Shown here: in pieces, positions 57,299-59,914 of the stretch
How the letters are laid out: each line of letters begins with the position of its first letter
How positions within the stretch are numbered: the first letter of the stretch is position 1
Assembly (NCBI GenBank): GCA_944363705.1
Contig: CALVUY010000001.1
Coordinates: forward strand, 1 to 59,914
Source: an uncultured Bacilli bacterium
Lineage (GTDB): Bacteria; Bacillota_I; Bacilli_A; RF39; UBA660
Direction of reading: 5' to 3'
Length of the DNA stretch: 59,914 nt
Notes under the pieces: generated by a model
What the model was told of the DNA's origin: nothing
Databases searched by the model: none
Seen by the model: the letters and a program-made list of their open reading frames with translations, nothing else
Program-made: the position numbers and the translations under genes

Positions 57299-57385
57299 GC
57301 AGGAATGGCGGAATAGGTAGACGCACTATCTTGAGGGGGTAGTGATTAATTAATCGTGCGAGTTCAAATCTCGTTTCCTGCACCA
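57299..57385 (+). tRNA. tRNA-Leu (anticodon GAG), CCA encoded
   Basis: Acceptor GCAGGAA/TTCCTGC. D arm GCG..CGC. Anticodon stem CTATC/GGTAG with loop TTGAGGG (GAG at 57333-57335). Long variable arm GATTA-at-TAATC. T arm GCGAG-TTCAAAT-CTCGT. Ends ACCA. Confidence 0.9.
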
Positions 57386-57427
57386 AATTTATAATATATA
57401 ATAATCTTTAAGCTTGAGGTGATTTAG

Positions 57428-57949
57428 ATGATAGATAATGAAAAAATTAAAATAATGCTATATGAACAAAAATATGCAAAGGAAATGTCTGAAATTATAT
57501 TAAGTAATTTATATACTATTAATATTAAAGACTATGGAAAAGAAACAATTGATAAAATAGCAAGACATTTTACAGAAGATGAAATAAAGAAAAATTTTCC
57601 TAATAGGGTTAAATGCTTTGTTGCCTTAAAAGATGGAAAAGTTGTAGGAACAGCAAGCATTGACAGAATTAAAGAGATGTATGGTGTTAAAATTGAAAAC
57701 AATGAAAATAAATATATAATATTAACAGTTTTTATTAGTCTAGAAAATCAACATCAAGGAATTGGAAAAATGCTAATTCAAAAAATAGAAGAATATGCAT
57801 CACAAATACAAGCTGTCGAATTATTAATTCCTGCTTCAATTTATGGGTGCGAGTTTTATAAAAAATTAGGTTATGGTTATTACGATGGAATAAAAGAACT
57901 TAATGAAGATGGAGAATATGTATTATCTAAACATATAATAAAGAAATAA
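57428..57949 (+). CDS. GNAT-family N-acetyltransferase
   Basis: 173 aa. The acetyl-CoA motif region is QHQGIGKMLIQKIEEYA. RBS GAGGTGA. Confidence 0.75.
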   Translation: MIDNEKIKIMLYEQKYAKEMSEIILSNLYTINIKDYGKETIDKIARHFTEDEIKKNFPNRVKCFVALKDGKVVGTASIDRIKEMYGVKIENNENKYIILTVFISLENQHQGIGKMLIQKIEEYASQIQAVELLIPASIYGCEFYKKLGYGYYDGIKELNEDGEYVLSKHIIKK

Positions 57950-57981
57950 TTAATGTTAGTTTAGTAAAGTAGGTGATAAAA

Positions 57982-58827
57982 ATGACTATACAAGAGCAAT
58001 ATATTGAATTACAAAAATGTAGAAAACAACAATCTTCTGATATTTTAAATAATAAAAAAAGAATTGCTTGGGAATATTTTAGAAGTCTTACTGATGTTAG
58101 TAATTTAGAAAAAAATTTAAGTTCTAACTTCATGTTATATTTTGCTCCCTTAAAGCAAATAAGAGGAACAAATATGGTTAGTTGGCAAGTTGGAGATAAC
58201 AAAGAAATATATGTAGATGAATCGTTTGCAATAACTAATCCAGAATTAACTAATATTCAACTTCAACATGAAGTATTACATGGATTAACTTCATTTAAAG
58301 AAAATCAACAATACTTCTTTGGACATCGATATGATGGTTCTGGTAAATCAATTTATATGGGTTTAGATGAAGCATCTACCCAAATGTTTGCAGAAGATAT
58401 GAGTGGTGTAAGACTAGATGAAAACACCGATTATTTATATACAATTAAAAATGTTATGAGAGTAATGAAGTCTATATTTAGTGCAGATACTATAGCAGAA
58501 CAATTTTTAAATAATAGTAATAGATTTGAAGAACAATTTAATGAGGCAACAAGTTTTAAATTTGAACCTTTTGCTTTATTAATGAATGATGTTTATACTT
58601 TATCTAAAAGTTATCACTATAGTTCATTAACTCAAGAACAAATTCAAGAATTAACTGCTAAAAAAAATAAGTTATTTAGATTTACATCAAATTTAATTAA
58701 TCAATTTGCACAAGATAATCCAACAATTATAGATAAGATTTGTGATGAATTAAATGATGAAAATATGCAGCAAAAATTAAATATAAGAAGAACAGAATTG
58801 TCTGATTCTAGTATTCATAGGAGGTAA
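57982..58827 (+). CDS. hypothetical HExxH (gluzincin-like) protein
   Basis: ATG 57982 follows AGGTGA. Has HEVLHG, then GLDEASTQ 36 residues downstream. No family recognised. Confidence 0.5.
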   Translation: MTIQEQYIELQKCRKQQSSDILNNKKRIAWEYFRSLTDVSNLEKNLSSNFMLYFAPLKQIRGTNMVSWQVGDNKEIYVDESFAITNPELTNIQLQHEVLHGLTSFKENQQYFFGHRYDGSGKSIYMGLDEASTQMFAEDMSGVRLDENTDYLYTIKNVMRVMKSIFSADTIAEQFLNNSNRFEEQFNEATSFKFEPFALLMNDVYTLSKSYHYSSLTQEQIQELTAKKNKLFRFTSNLINQFAQDNPTIIDKICDELNDENMQQKLNIRRTELSDSSIHRR

Positions 58828-58829
58828 TT

Positions 58830-59267
58830 ATGAAGCTATATGAAAGTAAAAATTGGAAAGTAGTATTTGTTAAATGGTGCCAAGAATTTCCTGGGGATTG
58901 TATTATATCATCAAAAAAGGAATCGTTAAGCGATTTAACAAATGAAGAATGGATAGAATTAGGTGAATTGGAAAAAGAATTAGAAAGAATTACTAAAAAA
59001 TTATTTGATGCAACAATGTTTAATTTTGCTTGTTTAATGAATAATGCTTACAGAGATAAAGAAACTCCACATGTCCATTTTCATTTCATTCCTAGATATG
59101 ACGGCAAAAGGATAATTTTGGGTAAAAAATATAAAGATAAACATTTTGGATATAATATGTGGAAATGGTCATTAAGTAAGTTTAAATGTCAAAAAGATAT
59201 TTTTAGCAGAGAAGAAAAAGAACAAATATATAAAATGATGAAAGATGAGTGGAACTATTATAAATAA
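58830..59267 (+). CDS. HIT-family nucleotide hydrolase/transferase
   Basis: 145 aa. Histidine triad HVHFHFIPRY. The ATG lies 2 nt after the upstream stop. Confidence 0.75.
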   Translation: MKLYESKNWKVVFVKWCQEFPGDCIISSKKESLSDLTNEEWIELGELEKELERITKKLFDATMFNFACLMNNAYRDKETPHVHFHFIPRYDGKRIILGKKYKDKHFGYNMWKWSLSKFKCQKDIFSREEKEQIYKMMKDEWNYYK

Positions 59268-59280
59268 ATATGTAAAAGTA

Positions 59281-59667
59281 ATGTATTGAACAACAAGTGG
59301 AGCAAAAAGTGATTTTGAATACAAATTAAATAAAATAAATATTAGCAATAATTGGAATTCAAATGCAGATAATCCAAAAGATTTTGGATGATTTAATTAC
59401 TGTGCTGAAGAATGTATTTTAAGATGGTTGCATAGAGTAGATACAATTTATGATGTAGAAATACCAGAAGATGCAGAAAATGTTAAATTGGAGGGTTCTA
59501 CTGTAATTTATAGAGCTAACAAGATTATTATTAAGAATCTAAGAAAAGTTGATGATGAATTAGCACTTTATTTTTATCAGATATCTAAAATACCTGAAAA
59601 ATCATATTATAAAGCTTTAGGCGTTGTAACTATAATGAATTATGAAAAGACGTCATATCAAATTTAA
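59281..59667 (+). pseudogene. disrupted ORF with two in-frame TGA codons (59287-59289, 59389-59391); the track reports only the 3' part 59428..59667
   Basis: A single frame reads MY*TTSGAKSDFEYKLNKINISNNWNSNADNPKDFG*FNYCAEECILRWLHRVDTIYDVEIP...YQI-stop. A further start-less fragment in the +1 frame (59681-59806) follows an A7 run. Confidence 0.55.
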
Positions 59668-59844
59668 AGGATAAGGTTAACAAAAAAACATTGATTTAGT
59701 ATTAGAAGAATGGAATAATTTTATTGAACATGGAGATAAAAATGACAGAAGTAATTTAAATGGGTTAGTAAAAGAGATTAATGATGAATTATATAAAATT
59801 AAATAATTAAAATAATCAGTGTTAATTTTATAAAATGTTGTGAT

Positions 59845-59899
59845 TTATCAGGGAAAATGTTACAAAAATAGTATGTCAATTATCAGGAAAAATGTTACA
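59845..59899 (+). repeat. 20-nt direct repeat TTATCAGG(G/A)AAAATGTTACA x2, period 35
   Basis: Copies at 59845-59864 and 59880-59899 with one mismatch, at the window edge. Confidence 0.6.
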
Positions 59900-59914
59900 C
59901 CTTATTTTGAATAG

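Noticed and set aside
59287-59391. Whole-window genetic code 4 (TGA = Trp)
   Set aside because: About 60 genes are full length under the standard code. TGA serves as a real stop, for example at 54222-54224 and 29376-29378. Only this decayed ORF has internal TGA codons.
57299-59914. Calling the tRNA-flanking region an integrative mobile element or prophage remnant
   Set aside because: There is no integrase, recombinase or transposase gene in the window. By eye I found no downstream direct repeat of the tRNA 3' end. It is only flagged as an accessory-looking islet.

Overview
This is a very AT-rich chromosomal window that looks like a monoderm Firmicutes genome. Erysipelotrichia or Clostridia is only a guess, based on gene content and codon style.

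Layout:
- 1-5.3 kb, housekeeping: a partial ABC exporter, pyrH, ppdK and a small coupled ORF.
- 5.3-6.1 kb: a compact cassette I read as an unannotated type III toxin-antitoxin module. It has a promoter, two covarying ~50-nt pseudoknot RNA repeats, an intrinsic terminator and a ToxN/AbiQ/CptN-like 156-aa ORF.
- 6.2-38.9 kb: a ~32-kb rhamnose-type cell-wall polysaccharide locus. It contains rmlB, then rmlA, rmlC and rmlD about 29 kb away; a Wzm/Wzt-like ABC exporter; many GT2 glycosyltransferases; a GacI/J/K/L-like side-chain module; an ADP-heptose pathway with a GT9 heptosyltransferase; a UDP-GlcA/GalA module; an opine-synthase-like gene with a TupA-type ATP-grasp gene; two DUF616 paralogs, one frameshifted at poly-A tracts; an O-acyltransferase; a GtrA protein; and a secreted GH25 muramidase with seven repeats, including a perfect 678-bp tandem duplication.
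- 38.9-49.1 kb: ABC-2 transporter, lipoprotein, LDH-like gene, a PEP-utilising-family protein, a PilB-like ATPase divergent from two pseudopilins, and YlbJ/YlbL-like genes.
- 49.3-57.3 kb, cell envelope: a truncated DUF4143 gene, an LCP ligase, a dockerin-bearing peptidoglycan hydrolase next to a cohesin membrane anchor, and a phosphodiester glycosidase.
- 57.3-59.9 kb: tRNA-Leu(GAG), then a small accessory-looking islet (GNAT, a coupled HExxH and HIT pair, decayed gene fragments with in-frame TGA codons).

No CRISPR array, rRNA, transposase or integrase was seen. All family calls come from motif recognition by eye. No database search was run.
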